Made by a program: the position numbers and the translations under genes. A stretch of DNA of 63,949 nt, counting the filler, from a bacterium (GTDB lineage Bacteria; JAMORN01): NCBI GenBank assembly GCA_027063545.1. It is 8 parts of 8 records of this genome, joined end to end, with 100 filler letters (N's around TTAATTAATTAA, not from the genome) between each part and the next. Parts side by side here need not be neighbours in the genome. Positions count along the whole stretch, not along the records: positions 56,634 to 63,949 come from JAMORN010000135.1; 7 more parts are not named here. The stretch is one strand, 5' to 3'. A model generated the notes under the pieces. It was given only the letters and a program-made list of their open reading frames with translations. It had not been told where the DNA came from and did not search any database. Below are positions 63,469 to 63,949 of this stretch, piece by piece; the stretch's first letter is position 1, and each line of letters starts with the position of its first letter.

Positions 63469-63949
63469 GGTTTATCCGTTTTTTTGTTCATTTCTCTTAA
63501 GTTATATTTAAAAACTTTTTTATTTGCTTCTTTTACATTTTTTAATATTTGATTATAATATAATTGTTGTTTTTTCTCATTTTTTTCATTTTGCTGTTGA
63601 TTTTTTTGAGGTTGATTATCTTTTTTGTTTTTTTTATTATTCTTATTATTTTTATTATCCGATTTATTTTTATCTTTTTTATTTTTATTACTGTTCTTAT
63701 TTTTCTTCTTATCATTACTATTTTTATTCTTTAACTTTTCCAATTGTTTAATTATACGCGTGGTTAATACTAATTCATTAAATGCTTTAGCCCTTAATAA
63801 TGAATCCTCGGTATTTTTATATAATCTATAAAAATCTTTCTGAGTTTTTTTTAAATTCTTTATATCCTTTTTTATTAAAGCCGAATCTCTTAATGTTTTA
63901 GTCATATTAAAAAAATAATAATCTTTTATATTCTTATCTTTGGCTTTTT
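63462..63949 (-). CDS. BatC/BatB-like C-terminus (low-complexity K/N/Q tail ending KPW), 5'-truncated
   Basis: Frame open to the window edge; K/N-rich linker, QIL..V.E helix and terminal DKPW; directly upstream of BatD. Confidence 0.65.
   Translation of the reverse strand, partial: KAKDKNIKDYYFFNMTKTLRDSALIKKDIKNLKKTQKDFYRLYKNTEDSLLRAKAFNELVLTTRIIKQLEKLKNKNSNDKKKNKNSNKNKKDKNKSDNKNNKNNKKNKKDNQPQKNQQQNEKNEKKQQLYYNQILKNVKEANKKVFKYNLREMNKKTDKPW

Noticed and set aside
63560-63735. Low-complexity T-rich stretch as a repeat array
   Set aside because: It is the antisense of the K/N/Q-rich linker of the Bat-like protein.
10608-63831. Short antisense track ORFs inside housekeeping genes (e.g. 10608-10859, 11348-11596, 23337-23585, 35042-35326, 51333-51539, 63524-63831)
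   Set aside because: They fully overlap well-supported genes on the opposite strand and have no motifs.
1-63949. CRISPR arrays, rRNA/tRNA genes, transposases, integrases, prophage
   Set aside because: I saw no regularly spaced repeats, RNA-gene-like GC-rich segments or mobile-element proteins. A short divergent RNA could have been missed by eye.

Overview
The window is a concatenation of 8 assembly fragments of about 7.3-8.3 kb, joined by artificial 100-nt linkers (N44-TTAATTAATTAA-N44). Fragment 1 (1-8300) is not in the standard code. Read with TGA=Gly (translation table 25, known from Gracilibacteria and Absconditabacterales/SR1), it is almost fully coding on the + strand. It carries an S66/MccF-like peptidase, a 1351-aa lipoprotein with polymorphic-toxin architecture (lipobox-Cys-Gly10, Ig-like domain, long coiled coils, Gly-rich pre-toxin helix, C-terminal tip resembling BECR-type RNases), an adjacent candidate immunity gene, a truncated orphan paralog of the toxin tip, and two ORFans. 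CGA/CGG usage hints at a second reassignment. Fragments 2-8 use code 11 (TGA is a stop) and come from a low-GC, anaerobic diderm bacterium. They carry pyrR-pyrB-pyrC, MoxR, an HD-GYP protein, an MsbA-like ABC transporter, a PorV-like protein with a large insertion, SmsCB plus ThiF, a GXGXG-GltD fusion, GH35, corA, yajC, pyrE, apbE, guaA, glgP, efp-accB-pilT-accC, T9SS-like surface proteins, a bifurcating [FeFe]-hydrogenase operon with Rex-like boxes, lepA-lepB-trpB, serA, yihA, FapA and Bat genes. The best candidate for an undescribed system is the recoded toxin-immunity-orphan cassette at 1249-6253. All family calls come from motif recognition by eye; no searches were run.
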